NCBI RefSeq assembly: GCF_045037415.1
Contig: NZ_CP173438.1
Length of the DNA: 64,000 nucleotides
From: Escherichia coli
GTDB lineage: Bacteria > Pseudomonadota > Gammaproteobacteria > Enterobacterales > Enterobacteriaceae
Direction: 5' to 3' (one strand)
The translations under genes were made by a program, and so were the position numbers. Of the stretch, positions 38,069 to 53,641 are shown piece after piece; the first letter of the stretch is position 1, and every line of letters begins with the position of its first letter. Below the pieces are notes generated by a model, which did not search any database, was not told the origin of the DNA, and was given only the letters and a program-made list of their open reading frames with translations.

Positions 38069-39472
38069 GTGTCACTTTCGCTTTGGCAGCAGTGTCTTGC
38101 CCGATTGCAGGATGAGTTACCAGCCACAGAATTCAGTATGTGGATACGCCCATTGCAGGCGGAACTGAGCGATAACACGCTGGCCCTGTACGCGCCAAAC
38201 CGTTTTGTCCTCGATTGGGTACGGGACAAGTACCTTAATAATATCAATGGACTGCTAACCAGTTTCTGCGGAGCGGATGCCCCACAGCTGCGTTTTGAAG
38301 TCGGCACCAAACCGGTGACGCAAACGCCACAAGCGGCAGTGACGAGCAACGTCGCGGCCCCTGCACAGGTGGCGCAAACGCAGCCGCAACGTGCTGCGCC
38401 TTCTACGCGCTCGGGTTGGGATAACGTCCCGGCTCCGGCAGAACCGACCTATCGTTCTAACGTAAACGTCAAACACACGTTTGATAACTTCGTTGAAGGT
38501 AAATCTAACCAACTGGCGCGCGCGGCGGCTCGCCAGGTGGCAGATAACCCTGGCGGTGCTTATAACCCGTTGTTCCTTTATGGCGGCACGGGTTTGGGTA
38601 AAACTCACCTGCTGCATGCGGTGGGTAACGGCATTATGGCGCGCAAGCCGAATGCCAAAGTGGTTTATATGCACTCCGAGCGCTTTGTTCAGGACATGGT
38701 TAAAGCCCTGCAAAACAACGCGATCGAAGAGTTTAAACGCTACTACCGTTCCGTAGATGCACTGCTGATCGACGATATTCAGTTTTTTGCTAATAAAGAA
38801 CGATCTCAGGAAGAGTTTTTCCACACCTTCAACGCCCTGCTGGAAGGTAATCAACAGATCATTCTCACCTCCGATCGCTATCCGAAAGAGATCAACGGCG
38901 TTGAGGATCGTTTGAAATCCCGCTTCGGCTGGGGACTGACTGTGGCGATCGAACCGCCAGAGCTGGAAACCCGCGTGGCGATCCTGATGAAAAAGGCCGA
39001 CGAAAACGACATTCGTTTGCCGGGCGAAGTGGCGTTCTTTATCGCCAAGCGTCTACGATCTAACGTACGTGAGTTGGAAGGCGCGCTGAACCGCGTCATT
39101 GCCAACGCCAACTTTACCGGACGGGCGATCACCATCGACTTCGTGCGTGAGGCGCTGCGCGACTTGCTGGCATTGCAGGAAAAACTGGTCACCATCGACA
39201 ATATTCAGAAGACGGTGGCGGAGTACTACAAGATCAAAGTCGCGGATCTCCTTTCCAAGCGTCGATCCCGCTCGGTGGCCCGTCCGCGCCAGATGGCGAT
39301 GGCGCTGGCGAAAGAGCTGACTAACCACAGTCTGCCGGAGATTGGCGATGCCTTTGGTGGTCGTGACCACACGACGGTGCTTCATGCCTGCCGGAAGATC
39401 GAGCAGTTGCGTGAAGAGAGCCACGATATCAAAGAAGATTTTTCTAATTTAATCAGAACATTGTCATCGTAA
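38069..39472 (+). CDS. dnaA: Chromosomal replication initiator DnaA (467 aa), GTG start
   Basis: ORF 38057..39472; GTG at 38069 gives (M)[16 protein letters not shown]…; Walker [11 protein letters not shown]. Confidence 0.96.
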
Positions 39473-39476
39473 ACCT

Positions 39477-40576
39477 ATGAAATTTACCGTAGAACGTGAG
39501 CATTTATTAAAACCGCTACAACAGGTGAGCGGTCCGTTAGGTGGTCGTCCTACGCTACCGATTCTCGGTAATCTGCTGTTACAGGTTGCTGACGGTACGT
39601 TGTCGCTGACCGGTACTGATCTCGAGATGGAAATGGTGGCACGCGTTGCGCTGGTTCAGCCGCACGAACCAGGGGCGACGACCGTTCCGGCGCGCAAATT
39701 CTTTGATATCTGCCGTGGTCTGCCTGAAGGCGCGGAAATTGCCGTGCAGCTGGAAGGTGAGCGGATGCTGGTGCGCTCCGGGCGTAGCCGTTTTTCGCTG
39801 TCTACCCTGCCAGCGGCAGATTTCCCGAACCTCGATGACTGGCAGAGCGAAGTCGAATTTACCCTGCCGCAGGCGACGATGAAGCGTCTGATTGAAGCGA
39901 CCCAGTTTTCTATGGCACATCAGGACGTTCGCTATTACTTAAACGGTATGCTGTTTGAAACCGAAGGTGAAGAACTGCGCACCGTGGCGACCGACGGCCA
40001 CCGTCTGGCAGTCTGTTCAATGCCAATTGGTCAATCTTTGCCAAGCCATTCGGTGATCGTGCCGCGTAAAGGCGTAATTGAACTGATGCGTATGCTCGAC
40101 GGCGGCGACAATCCGCTGCGCGTGCAGATTGGCAGCAACAACATTCGCGCCCACGTTGGCGACTTTATCTTCACCTCGAAACTGGTGGATGGTCGCTTCC
40201 CGGATTACCGTCGCGTTCTGCCGAAGAACCCGGACAAGCATCTGGAAGCTGGCTGTGATCTGCTCAAGCAGGCGTTTGCCCGTGCGGCAATTCTCTCTAA
40301 CGAGAAATTCCGCGGCGTGCGTCTGTATGTCAGCGAAAACCAGCTGAAAATCACCGCCAACAACCCAGAACAGGAAGAAGCGGAAGAGATCCTCGACGTT
40401 ACCTATAGCGGTGCGGAGATGGAAATCGGCTTCAACGTCAGCTATGTGCTGGATGTTCTGAACGCACTGAAATGCGAAAACGTCCGCATGATGCTGACCG
40501 ATTCGGTTTCCAGCGTGCAGATTGAAGATGCGGCCAGCCAGAGCGCGGCTTATGTTGTCATGCCAATGAGACTGTA

Positions 40577-40577
<1 letters not shown>
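39477..40577 (+). CDS. dnaN: DNA polymerase III beta sliding clamp (366 aa)
   Basis: 366-aa [24 protein letters not shown]…. Confidence 0.96.
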
Positions 40578-44093
<3,516 letters not shown>

Positions 44094-44133
44094 TGGCTTT
44101 TTGTTGCTGATAAAATGACTTAGTCGTCAGTCC

Positions 44134-44160
44134 GGGCGGAGATCATCTCCGCCCTTTTTA
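44134..44160 (+). terminator. Rho-independent terminator after gyrB
   Basis: gggcggagat-catctccgccc followed by ttttt. Confidence 0.7.
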
Positions 44161-44236
44161 TTCCTGCAATCCGCAATTATCATCCCGCAGATCTATACTT
44201 TTTGGGTCAACACGTAACGCTTTACAGGTGATTATC

Positions 44237-44635
44237 ATGGGGCTTTTTGATGAAGTTGTCGGTGCCTTTCTGAAAGGCGATGCGGGGAAATATCAGGCGA
44301 TTTTGAGCTGGGTTGAGGAGCAGGGCGGCATTCAGGTGCTGCTGGAAAAACTGCAAAGTGGCGGCTTAGGGGCCATTCTCTCAACCTGGCTGAGTAATCA
44401 ACAGAGCAATCAATCAGTTAGCGGCGAGCAAGTGGAATCGGCGCTCGGCACAAATGCGGTGTCCGATCTCGGGCAAAAACTTGGCGTGGATACCAGTACA
44501 GCTTCCAGTTTACTGGCAGAACAATTGCCGAAGATTATTGATGCACTCTCACCGCAAGGTGAAGTGTCACCACAAGCCAATAACGATCTGCTTTCCGCAG
44601 GTATGGAACTGCTGAAAGGGAAACTCTTCCGCTAA
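44237..44635 (+). CDS. yidB: Uncharacterized protein YidB (132 aa)
   Basis: ORF 44228..44635; ATG at 44237 gives 132 aa. Confidence 0.8.
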   Translation: MGLFDEVVGAFLKGDAGKYQAILSWVEEQGGIQVLLEKLQSGGLGAILSTWLSNQQSNQSVSGEQVESALGTNAVSDLGQKLGVDTSTASSLLAEQLPKIIDALSPQGEVSPQANNDLLSAGMELLKGKLFR

Positions 44636-44641
44636 GCAAAT

Positions 44642-44674
44642 GGGGAGCACGCAATGCGCGTTGCATCCCCTTTT
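44642..44674 (+). terminator. Putative terminator after yidB
   Basis: gggga…tcccc hairpin followed by tttt. Confidence 0.5.
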
Positions 44675-44748
44675 CCCTCGGGTGTTGTACTGATTTTTGA
44701 GCGGAATCGCGTTAGCATGGGTCAGGAACCAATCTACCTGGGGAACTC

Positions 44749-45561
44749 ATGGCTATCAAACTCATTGCTATCGATATGGATGGCACCCTTCTGCTGCCCG
44801 ATCACACCATTTCACCCGCCGTTAAAAATGCGATTGCCGCAGCTCGCGCCCGTGGCGTGAATGTCGTGCTAACGACGGGTCGCCCTTATGCAGGTGTTCA
44901 CAATTACCTGAAAGAGCTGCATATGGAACAGCCGGGCGACTACTGCATTACTTATAACGGCGCGCTGGTACAGAAGGCCGCTGATGGTAGCACCGTGGCG
45001 CAAACCGCTCTCAGCTATGACGACTACCGTTTCCTGGAAAAACTCTCTCGCGAAGTCGGTTCTCATTTCCACGCCCTGGACCGCACCACGCTGTACACCG
45101 CCAACCGAGATATCAGCTACTACACGGTGCATGAATCTTTCGTTGCCACCATTCCGCTGGTGTTCTGCGAAGCGGAGAAAATGGACCCCAATACCCAGTT
45201 CCTGAAAGTGATGATGATTGATGAACCCGCCATCCTCGACCAGGCCATTGCGCGTATTCCGCAGGAAGTGAAAGAAAAATACACCGTGCTGAAAAGTGCG
45301 CCGTACTTCCTCGAAATCCTCGATAAACGCGTTAACAAAGGTACGGGTGTGAAATCACTGGCCGACGTGTTAGGTATTAAACCGGAAGAAATCATGGCGA
45401 TTGGCGATCAGGAAAACGACATCGCAATGATTGAATATGCAGGCGTCGGTGTGGCGATGGATAACGCTATTCCTTCGGTGAAAGAAGTGGCGAACTTTGT
45501 CACCAAATCTAACCTTGAAGATGGCGTGGCATTTGCTATTGAGAAGTATGTGCTGAATTAA
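44749..45561 (+). CDS. yidA: HAD-family sugar phosphatase YidA (270 aa)
   Basis: 270-aa ORF with HAD motif I IAIDMDGTLL. Confidence 0.9.
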   Translation: MAIKLIAIDMDGTLLLPDHTISPAVKNAIAAARARGVNVVLTTGRPYAGVHNYLKELHMEQPGDYCITYNGALVQKAADGSTVAQTALSYDDYRFLEKLSREVGSHFHALDRTTLYTANRDISYYTVHESFVATIPLVFCEAEKMDPNTQFLKVMMIDEPAILDQAIARIPQEVKEKYTVLKSAPYFLEILDKRVNKGTGVKSLADVLGIKPEEIMAIGDQENDIAMIEYAGVGVAMDNAIPSVKEVANFVTKSNLEDGVAFAIEKYVLN

Positions 45562-45569
45562 TCAGTGAA

Positions 45570-45598
45570 CGGGCAAACGGCATGAATGCGTTTGCCCG
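45570..45598. terminator. Bidirectional hairpin between convergent yidA and yidX
   Basis: cgggcaaacg…cgtttgcccg. Confidence 0.6.
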
Positions 45599-45604
45599 CA
45601 GCGA

Positions 45605-46261
45605 TTAACAATTTCTGGTCGTGCATAAAATCAGGAACTGGAGTGGTGACGTTACTATATCCAGCGTAAGAGTGACTGGCAGCAGCGCATTAACGAGGCC
45701 GCGCGGGACGCCATCTGTTGCTTTGTACTCATAAAATCCCACCGTAAAGGGTTGATGGAAAACCATCACGTTTGAGTAATCCGCTTTTTTATTTTTCTGG
45801 TGGATTGAGCCTTTCAAACCGTCCAGCATCCATGTACAACGCCGGGTATCACAAATAAAACCATATTGTGTTGCCAGTGCCTTATCTTCTTCGTTGTTCC
45901 AGTCGTAATAGAGCGTAATAGCACCAGAGAAATTCTTATTACTGCTGCTTAAAATAAATTTCGCGTTATCAGAAACGGTGATTCTTTCACCATGGATTGC
46001 CGGATCGTTCAGCATGTTAACCACCTCATCGCCGCCGGTGGTCAATAGATAGTCCAACGATTCACCAACAAAAACATAACCTTTCGTACCGTTACTGTCT
46101 TCAGCCAGCGATAAACCCTTAATCGTGTCTGACCGCCATTGCTCGGCATGTGGACGGCTTGCAGTATTGGAAACCAATCCCCAGGTGATACATCCGGTCA
46201 ACGCAAATGCCAAAGAACACAAACCGGCAGCCTTAAAAAATCCTTTAAAATTCAATTTCAT
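45605..46261 (-). CDS. yidX: Putative lipoprotein YidX (218 aa)
   Basis: ORF 45605..46279; start at [24 protein letters not shown] (lipobox). Confidence 0.8.
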   Translation of the reverse strand: MKLNFKGFFKAAGLCSLAFALTGCITWGLVSNTASRPHAEQWRSDTIKGLSLAEDSNGTKGYVFVGESLDYLLTTGGDEVVNMLNDPAIHGERITVSDNAKFILSSSNKNFSGAITLYYDWNNEEDKALATQYGFICDTRRCTWMLDGLKGSIHQKNKKADYSNVMVFHQPFTVGFYEYKATDGVPRGLVNALLPVTLTLDIVTSPLQFLILCTTRNC

Positions 46262-46390
46262 GATTAATCCTTTAAACAAGAGTGCTAAGCCGTTGAAAGC
46301 ATACTCTTCTTTCCCTCCTGTTTAGCGCCTGATCTCCCTTTTCAGATTTTTGCCCGACGTAGAACATTTTCTTATGGATTGTTCTTTTTG

Positions 46391-46478
46391 TGATCTAAAT
46401 TGTAGTACAACAATATAAATTTGTACTACATTATGCGCACAGCAAACGCGAACGTCATCACGCTGGTACTACAAAATT
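46391..46478. promoter_or_regulatory. Putative DgoR (GntR/FadR-type) operator repeats in the dgo promoter
   Basis: Three copies of a tGTAsTACa-type motif: ttgtagtacaa (46390-46400), ttgtactacat (46411-46421), ggtactacaaa (46465-46475), the first two forming an inverted repeat. Confidence 0.6.
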
Positions 46479-46539
46479 GCCGCGTTATGCATCGATCGGG
46501 GTAAAGTAGAGAGGAACATACAGAGCACAAGGACTCTCC

Positions 46540-47229
46540 ATGACTCTCAATAAAACCGATCGCATCGTTATTACGCTGGGTAAACAGATCGTTCACGGCA
46601 AATACGTGCCAGGCTCGCCGCTTCCGGCTGAGGCAGAACTCTGTGAGGAGTTTGCAACCTCGCGCAACATCATCCGTGAGGTATTTCGTTCGCTGATGGC
46701 GAAGCGGCTGATTGAAATGAAACGTTATCGCGGGGCGTTTGTGGCTCCGCGTAACCAGTGGAATTACCTCGACACTGACGTACTGCAATGGGTGCTGGAA
46801 AACGACTATGACCCACGGCTTATCAGTGCAATGAGCGAAGTGCGAAACCTGGTAGAGCCGGCTATTGCCCGTTGGGCAGCAGAGCGCGCGACCTCCAGCG
46901 ATCTGGCGCAGATTGAATCGGCGCTGAACGAGATGATTGCTAACAATCAGGACCGCGAAGCGTTTAACGAAGCGGATATTCGCTACCACGAGGCGGTGCT
47001 GCAGTCGGTGCATAACCCGGTGTTACAACAACTGAGCATTGCGATCAGTTCGCTGCAGCGGGCGGTTTTTGAACGAACCTGGATGGGCGATGAGGCCAAC
47101 ATGCCGCAAACGCTCCAGGAACATAAGGCGCTGTTCGATGCGATAAGGCATCAGGACGGCGATGCGGCAGAGCAGGCGGCGCTTACCATGATCGCCAGCT
47201 CGACACGAAGGTTAAAGGAAATCACATGA
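46540..47229 (+). CDS. dgoR: GntR/FadR-family repressor of D-galactonate catabolism (229 aa)
   Basis: 229-aa ORF with N-terminal winged-HTH; first gene of the dgo cluster. Confidence 0.9.
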   Translation: MTLNKTDRIVITLGKQIVHGKYVPGSPLPAEAELCEEFATSRNIIREVFRSLMAKRLIEMKRYRGAFVAPRNQWNYLDTDVLQWVLENDYDPRLISAMSEVRNLVEPAIARWAAERATSSDLAQIESALNEMIANNQDREAFNEADIRYHEAVLQSVHNPVLQQLSIAISSLQRAVFERTWMGDEANMPQTLQEHKALFDAIRHQDGDAAEQAALTMIASSTRRLKEIT

Positions 47230-48104
47230 CAGCTCGCTACATCGCAATTGACTGGGGATCGACCAATCTGCGCGCCTGGCTTTATCAGGGCGACCACTGC
47301 CTGGACAGCAGGCAATCAGAAGCAGGCGTCACGCGCCTGAATGGAAAATCTCCGGCTGCGGTGTTAGCAGAAGTGACGACCGACTGGCGTGAAGAGAATA
47401 CGCCAGTGGTAATGGCAGGAATGGTCGGCAGCAATGTCGGCTGGAAAGTTGCGCCGTATTTATCCATTCCTGCCCGTTTTTCGTCTATTGGCGAACAATT
47501 AACGTCTGTTGGCGACAATATCTGGATTATTCCCGGATTATGCGTCTCTCATGACGATAACCACAATGTGATGCGTGGCGAAGAAACACAATTGATCGGC
47601 GCGCGCACTCTCGCTCCTTCCTCTCTTTATGTCATGCCCGGTACGCATTGCAAATGGGTGCAGGCCGATAGCCAGCAAATTAACGATTTTCGCACCGTGA
47701 TGACCGGTGAATTACATCATTTACTGTTAAATCACTCATTGATTGGCGCAGGTTTGCCGCCGCAGGAAAACGCTGTCGATGCTTTCGCGGCTGGTCTTGA
47801 GCGTGGCCTTAATGCGCCCGCCGTATTGCCACAGCTTTTTGAAGTTCGCGCCTCGCATGTGCTGGGAACACTTCCCCGCGAACAGGTCAGCGAATTTCTC
47901 TCTGGTTTGTTGATTGGCGCAGAGGTCGCCAGTATGCGCGACTATGTGGCCCATCAACAAGTCATCACCCTTGTCGCCGGAACATCGCTGACCGCGCGCT
48001 ACCAGCAAGCCTTTCAGGCGATGGGTTGTGACGTGACGGCGGTGGCGGGCGACACGGCATTTCAGGCTGGTATAAGGAACATCGCTCATGCAGTGGCAAA
48101 CTAA
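47226..48104 (+). CDS. dgoK: 2-dehydro-3-deoxygalactonokinase (292 aa)
   Basis: 292-aa ORF; start overlaps the dgoR stop. Confidence 0.9.
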   Translation: MTARYIAIDWGSTNLRAWLYQGDHCLDSRQSEAGVTRLNGKSPAAVLAEVTTDWREENTPVVMAGMVGSNVGWKVAPYLSIPARFSSIGEQLTSVGDNIWIIPGLCVSHDDNHNVMRGEETQLIGARTLAPSSLYVMPGTHCKWVQADSQQINDFRTVMTGELHHLLLNHSLIGAGLPPQENAVDAFAAGLERGLNAPAVLPQLFEVRASHVLGTLPREQVSEFLSGLLIGAEVASMRDYVAHQQVITLVAGTSLTARYQQAFQAMGCDVTAVAGDTAFQAGIRNIAHAVAN

Positions 48105-48705
48105 ACTCCCGCTGATCGCCATTTTGCGCGGCATTACGCCCGACGAGGCGCTGGCGCATGTTGGCGCGGTGATTGACGCCGGGTTCGACGCGGTTGAAAT
48201 CCCGCTGAATTCTCCACAATGGGAGCAGAGCATTCCCGCCATCGTTGATGCGTATGGCGACAAGGCGTTGATTGGCGCAGGTACGGTACTGAAACCTGAA
48301 CAGGTCGATGCGCTCGCCAGAATGGGCTGTCAGCTCATCGTTACGCCCAATATCCATAGTGAAGTGATCCGCCGTGCGGTGGGCTACGGCATGACCGTCT
48401 GCCCCGGCTGCGCGACGGCGACCGAAGCCTTTACCGCGCTCGACGCGGGTGCGCAGGCACTGAAAATATTTCCGTCATCGGCTTTTGGTCCGCAATACAT
48501 CAAAGCATTAAAAGCGGTATTACCACCGAACATCGCGGTCTTTGCCGTTGGCGGTGTGACGCCAGAAAACCTGGCGCAGTGGATAGATGCAGGCTGTGCC
48601 GGAGCGGGCTTAGGTAGCGATCTCTATCGCGCCGGGCAGTCCGTAGAACGGACTGCGCAGCAGGCAGCAGCATTTGTTAAGGCGTATCGAGAGGCAGTGC
48701 AATGA
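48088..48705 (+). CDS. dgoA: 2-dehydro-3-deoxy-6-phosphogalactonate aldolase (205 aa)
   Basis: 205-aa ORF; overlaps dgoK and dgoD ends. Confidence 0.9.
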   Translation: MQWQTKLPLIAILRGITPDEALAHVGAVIDAGFDAVEIPLNSPQWEQSIPAIVDAYGDKALIGAGTVLKPEQVDALARMGCQLIVTPNIHSEVIRRAVGYGMTVCPGCATATEAFTALDAGAQALKIFPSSAFGPQYIKALKAVLPPNIAVFAVGGVTPENLAQWIDAGCAGAGLGSDLYRAGQSVERTAQQAAAFVKAYREAVQ

Positions 48706-49850
48706 AAATCACCAAAATTACCACGTATCGTTTACCTCCCCGCTGGATGTTCCTGAAAATTGAAACCGATGAAGGCGTGGTCGGTTGGGGCGAGCCCGTG
48801 ATTGAAGGTCGCGCTCGCACGGTGGAAGCGGCAGTCCACGAGCTGAGTGACTATTTGATTGGTCAGGACCCGTCACGCATCAACGACTTATGGCAAGTGA
48901 TGTATCGCGCCGGATTTTATCGTGGCGGTCCGATTCTGATGAGTGCCATCGCCGGGATCGACCAGGCTTTATGGGATATCAAAGGCAAAGTGCTGAATGC
49001 GCCGGTCTGGCAACTGATGGGCGGCCTGGTTCGCGACAAAATTAAAGCCTACAGTTGGGTCGGCGGCGATCGTCCGGCGGATGTTATCGACGGCATTAAA
49101 ACGCTACGCGAAATCGGCTTCGATACCTTCAAACTGAACGGTTGTGAAGAACTGGGGCTAATTGATAACTCCCGCGCGGTAGATGCGGCAGTCAACACCG
49201 TGGCACAAATTCGTGAAGCTTTTGGCAATCAGATTGAGTTTGGTCTGGACTTCCATGGTCGCGTCAGCGCGCCGATGGCGAAAGTGCTGATTAAAGAGCT
49301 GGAACCGTATCGTCCGCTGTTTATTGAAGAGCCGGTGCTGGCGGAACAGGCCGAATACTACCCGAAACTGGCGGCACAAACGCATATTCCACTGGCGGCG
49401 GGTGAGCGCATGTTCTCACGCTTCGATTTTAAACGTGTGCTGGAGGCAGGCGGTATTTCGATTCTGCAACCGGATCTCTCCCACGCAGGCGGTATTACCG
49501 AATGCTACAAAATTGCCGGAATGGCAGAAGCCTATGACGTGACCCTTGCGCCGCACTGTCCGCTCGGACCGATTGCACTGGCGGCTTGCCTGCATATCGA
49601 CTTTGTTTCCTATAACGCCGTCCTTCAGGAACAAAGTATGGGCATTCATTACAACAAAGGCGCGGAGTTACTCGACTTTGTGAAAAACAAAGAGGACTTC
49701 AGCATGGTCGGCGGTTTCTTTAAACCATTAACGAAACCGGGCTTAGGCGTGGAAATCGACGAAGCTAAAGTTATTGAGTTCAGTAAAAATGCCCCGGACT
49801 GGCGTAATCCGCTCTGGCGTCATGAAGATAACAGCGTAGCAGAGTGGTAA
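48702..49850 (+). CDS. dgoD: D-galactonate dehydratase, enolase superfamily (382 aa)
   Basis: 382-aa [35 protein letters not shown]…. Confidence 0.92.
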   Translation: MKITKITTYRLPPRWMFLKIETDEGVVGWGEPVIEGRARTVEAAVHELSDYLIGQDPSRINDLWQVMYRAGFYRGGPILMSAIAGIDQALWDIKGKVLNAPVWQLMGGLVRDKIKAYSWVGGDRPADVIDGIKTLREIGFDTFKLNGCEELGLIDNSRAVDAAVNTVAQIREAFGNQIEFGLDFHGRVSAPMAKVLIKELEPYRPLFIEEPVLAEQAEYYPKLAAQTHIPLAAGERMFSRFDFKRVLEAGGISILQPDLSHAGGITECYKIAGMAEAYDVTLAPHCPLGPIALAACLHIDFVSYNAVLQEQSMGIHYNKGAELLDFVKNKEDFSMVGGFFKPLTKPGLGVEIDEAKVIEFSKNAPDWRNPLWRHEDNSVAEW

Positions 49851-49969
49851 TTCCTGCCACGTAAGCCCCTCATCGGGCACTAAAACAGCAATACAAAAAT
49901 ATAACCCTCTGTAAATTACAGTGCATGGTGAGCGGCTTCGCTATGCCCAAAATCAGGAGAAAGCTCGCT

Positions 49970-51262
49970 ATGGATATTCCCGTTAATGCAGCAAAGCCGG
50001 GGCGTCGGCGTTATCTGACGCTGGTGATGATCTTTATTACGGTGGTCATTTGTTATGTTGACCGTGCTAACCTGGCCGTGGCTTCTGCCCATATTCAGGA
50101 AGAGTTTGGTATTACTAAAGCGCAAATGGGCTATGTATTTTCGGCCTTCGCCTGGCTTTATACGCTATGTCAGATCCCCGGCGGTTGGTTTTTAGATCGC
50201 GTAGGTTCACGCGTGACTTATTTTATTGCGATATTTGGCTGGTCAGTGGCGACGTTATTCCAGGGCTTTGCCACGGGCTTAATGTCATTAATTGGTCTGC
50301 GCGCGATAACCGGTATTTTCGAAGCGCCCGCGTTCCCGACCAATAACCGGATGGTAACCAGTTGGTTCCCGGAACATGAACGCGCTTCTGCCGTTGGTTT
50401 TTATACGTCTGGTCAGTTTGTCGGTCTGGCGTTTCTGACTCCGCTGCTGATCTGGATTCAGGAGATGTTGAGCTGGCACTGGGTGTTCATTGTCACCGGT
50501 GGTATCGGCATTATCTGGTCGCTGATTTGGTTTAAGGTTTATCAGCCGCCGCGTCTGACCAAAGGCATCAGCAAAGCTGAACTGGATTACATTCGTGATG
50601 GCGGCGGTCTGGTGGATGGCGATGCGCCGGTGAAAAAAGAGGCGCGTCAGCCGTTAACAGCCAAAGACTGGAAACTGGTGTTCCATCGTAAACTGATCGG
50701 TGTCTATCTTGGGCAATTTGCGGTGGCTTCTACACTGTGGTTTTTCTTAACCTGGTTCCCGAACTATTTAACCCAGGAAAAAGGAATCACGGCGCTGAAA
50801 GCAGGTTTTATGACCACGGTGCCATTCCTCGCGGCGTTTATTGGCGTCCTGCTCTCTGGCTGGGTCGCGGATCTGCTGGTACGTAAGGGCTTTTCACTGG
50901 GCTTTGCGCGTAAAACGCCGATTATCTGCGGCTTGCTGATCTCCACCTGCATTATGGGTGCGAACTACACCAACGATCCGATGATGATTATGTGCCTGAT
51001 GGCGCTGGCATTCTTCGGCAACGGTTTTGCTTCGATAACCTGGTCGCTGGTCTCTTCTCTGGCACCGATGCGCCTGATTGGTTTAACCGGCGGCGTGTTT
51101 AACTTTGCCGGTGGTCTGGGCGGCATCACCGTTCCGCTGGTGGTGGGGTACCTGGCGCAGGGTTACGGTTTCGCGCCTGCACTGGTTTATATCTCCGCCG
51201 TCGCGTTGATTGGCGCGCTCTCTTACATCCTGCTGGTGGGCGATGTGAAGCGCGTTGGATAA
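49970..51262 (+). CDS. dgoT: D-galactonate transporter, MFS (430 aa)
   Basis: ORF 49925..51262; ATG at 49970 [16 protein letters not shown]… gives 430 aa. Confidence 0.9.
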   Translation: MDIPVNAAKPGRRRYLTLVMIFITVVICYVDRANLAVASAHIQEEFGITKAQMGYVFSAFAWLYTLCQIPGGWFLDRVGSRVTYFIAIFGWSVATLFQGFATGLMSLIGLRAITGIFEAPAFPTNNRMVTSWFPEHERASAVGFYTSGQFVGLAFLTPLLIWIQEMLSWHWVFIVTGGIGIIWSLIWFKVYQPPRLTKGISKAELDYIRDGGGLVDGDAPVKKEARQPLTAKDWKLVFHRKLIGVYLGQFAVASTLWFFLTWFPNYLTQEKGITALKAGFMTTVPFLAAFIGVLLSGWVADLLVRKGFSLGFARKTPIICGLLISTCIMGANYTNDPMMIMCLMALAFFGNGFASITWSLVSSLAPMRLIGLTGGVFNFAGGLGGITVPLVVGYLAQGYGFAPALVYISAVALIGALSYILLVGDVKRVG

Positions 51263-52323
51263 TCTTTCAACTGTGGAATATGTGCCACTCCACTGCGCAT
51301 AATCCACTTTCTTAAAGCCGGTGCGGTCAGGCATCGGCTTTTTACTATCTTGCCGAAGAGTTTTAAACGCAGTTTGCGAGTGGCGCGCCAGTAAGCGGTA
51401 TTGAGCTTCTCTGGCTGCTTCAGTAATACCGAACGCAGAATCTCTGCGCTATCCAGCGCATAGCTAATCCCCTCCAGCGAGCTGGCGCTGATAAATCCCG
51501 CCGCTTCGCCAATCAGAAAGGCGTTGTCCTTGCCGCAGACAAAATCCTGCCAGCGTGAGGGAAACAGCACCGTGCATTTTTCGCTTTTCACCGCCTTACC
51601 AAACTGGAACTGAAAGGCGCTCATTTTCTCTTTTAGCGTCGTGAAACGCGTCTGACCGTCTTTCATGGGATAGGCACCGCCAAAGATAAAATAACCGTCT
51701 TTGCTGATACTCCATGAGTAACAGTCAGTTATCGCATTATCAAAGATGCAGGAGTAGAACGGTACCGGATGTTTCTCTGCGAACCACTGCTGGATGGCGA
51801 CATATTTACGAATCTGATGATCCGGGTAGAGATGTCGCCGCACCATCGAGTTGGCACCATCGGCACCGACCAGATAGCGGGCGGTAATATGCTGCTCCCA
51901 GCCGTCTGCGCGAAAAATGACATGCCATTTATCATCCTCACGCCAGATTTTTCGACACAGGCTGTCGTGGTAAACCTCAACGCTGGCGGGGATCAGCGAT
52001 TTCATCCACAAGTCGAAAGCATGGCGATTAATATTGATATAGCTTCGCTGGTAGTTACGCGTGAGCGATGCGGCGACGTCGACGGTTTTGACGCTGAAAA
52101 TCTGCGGGTTGGCGATGACATCGACAGGAAGCGTCAGTCCATCGCGAATAAAAGATCGCTGCGCGTCCGGTGCCAGAAGACCGCCACAAGGTTTGCTGAA
52201 ACCTTCAGTACCACACTGGTGCTTTTTATCCAGCGCGATCACCTGCATTTTGCCTGCTAACTTTCGCGCCAACGCCGACCCTGCCGGGCCGAGGCCAATA
52301 ATCGCCACGTCGAAATGTTCCAT
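51223..52323 (-). CDS. cbrA: FAD-dependent oxidoreductase CbrA (start uncertain; 366 aa from [15 protein letters not shown])
   Basis: ORF 51223..52344; N-terminal dinucleotide-binding GxGxxG; 3' end overlaps the convergent dgoT 3' end by ~40 bp. Confidence 0.8.
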   Translation of the reverse strand: MEHFDVAIIGLGPAGSALARKLAGKMQVIALDKKHQCGTEGFSKPCGGLLAPDAQRSFIRDGLTLPVDVIANPQIFSVKTVDVAASLTRNYQRSYININRHAFDLWMKSLIPASVEVYHDSLCRKIWREDDKWHVIFRADGWEQHITARYLVGADGANSMVRRHLYPDHQIRKYVAIQQWFAEKHPVPFYSCIFDNAITDCYSWSISKDGYFIFGGAYPMKDGQTRFTTLKEKMSAFQFQFGKAVKSEKCTVLFPSRWQDFVCGKDNAFLIGEAAGFISASSLEGISYALDSAEILRSVLLKQPEKLNTAYWRATRKLRLKLFGKIVKSRCLTAPALRKWIMRSGVAHIPQLKDYPTRFTSPTSRM

Positions 52324-52387
52324 CTTTTCACTCACATTCATCACGATGGCAAAAGACTATTGTCTGAAAGTGAAGTCCTTGTGAAGT

Positions 52388-53638
52388 ATGATGGCGGGAA
52401 CCGTTTTGTATCAGGACCGCGCCATGAAACAGATAACCTTTGCTCCCCGTAATCACCTGCTCACCAATACCAATACCTGGACGCCCGACAGCCAGTGGCT
52501 GGTGTTTGACGTGCGGCCTTCTGGGGCGTCGTTTACCGGCGAGACCATTGAGCGTGTGAATATCCATACCGGCGAGGTCGAGGTTATCTATCGCGCGTCA
52601 CAGGGCGCATACGTCGGCGTGGTGACCGTTCATCCGAAGTCAGAGAAGTATGTCTTCATCCACGGCCCGGAAAATCCTGATGAAACATGGTATTACGACT
52701 TTCATCATCGGCGCGGAGTGATTGTTGAAAGCGGCAAGGTGAGCAATCTCGATGCAATGGATATTACCGCGCCATATACGCCAGGAGCGCTGCGCGGCGG
52801 CAGTCATGTACATGTCTTTAGCCCAAACGGTGAAAGGGTGAGCTTTACCTACAACGACCATGTAATGCATGAACTCGATCCGGCGCTGGATTTGCGAAAT
52901 GTCGGTGTTGCTGCACCGTTTGGCCCGGTCAACGTACAAAAGCAGCATCCGCGTGAATACAGCGGTAGCCACTGGTGCGTGCTGGTAAGTAAAACCACGC
53001 CCACGCCACAGCCTGGCAGTGATGAAATCAATCGTGCTTATGAAGAAGGATGGGTAGGAAATCACGCGCTGGCGTTTATTGGCGACACACTTTCGCCAAA
53101 GGGCGAGAAAGTGCCGGAGCTGTTTATTGTCGAGTTGCCGCAAGATGAAGCTGGCTGGAAAGTGGCAGGTGATGCGCCGTTAAGTGGAACGGAAACAACC
53201 CTGCCCGCGCCACCGCGTGGTGTCGTGCAGCGACGTTTAACCTTTACGCACCATCGGGCTTCTCCGGGATTAGTCAACGTCCCGCGCCACTGGGTGCGCT
53301 GTAATCCGCAGGGTACGCAAATCGCGTTTTTAATGCGTGATGATAACGGCATTGTGCAACTGTGGCTTATCTCGCCACAGGGCGGTGAACCACGCCAGTT
53401 AACCCATAATAAAACGGATATTCAGTCTGCATTTAACTGGCATCCATCAGGCGAATGGCTGGGATTTGTGCTGGATAATCGGATTGCTTGTGCCCATGCG
53501 CAAAGCGGCGAGGTTGAGTATTTAACCGAAAACCACGCCAATCCACCTTCTGCGGACGCCGTGGTTTTCTCGCCGGATGGTCAATGGTTGGCGTGGATGG
53601 AGGACGGTCAGTTGTGGATCACCGAAACTGACCGCTAG
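52388..53638 (+). CDS. yidR: Uncharacterized protein YidR (~415 aa; start uncertain)
   Basis: 416-aa ORF recognised as E. coli YidR. Confidence 0.8.
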   Translation: MMAGTVLYQDRAMKQITFAPRNHLLTNTNTWTPDSQWLVFDVRPSGASFTGETIERVNIHTGEVEVIYRASQGAYVGVVTVHPKSEKYVFIHGPENPDETWYYDFHHRRGVIVESGKVSNLDAMDITAPYTPGALRGGSHVHVFSPNGERVSFTYNDHVMHELDPALDLRNVGVAAPFGPVNVQKQHPREYSGSHWCVLVSKTTPTPQPGSDEINRAYEEGWVGNHALAFIGDTLSPKGEKVPELFIVELPQDEAGWKVAGDAPLSGTETTLPAPPRGVVQRRLTFTHHRASPGLVNVPRHWVRCNPQGTQIAFLMRDDNGIVQLWLISPQGGEPRQLTHNKTDIQSAFNWHPSGEWLGFVLDNRIACAHAQSGEVEYLTENHANPPSADAVVFSPDGQWLAWMEDGQLWITETDR

Positions 53639-53641
53639 CTC

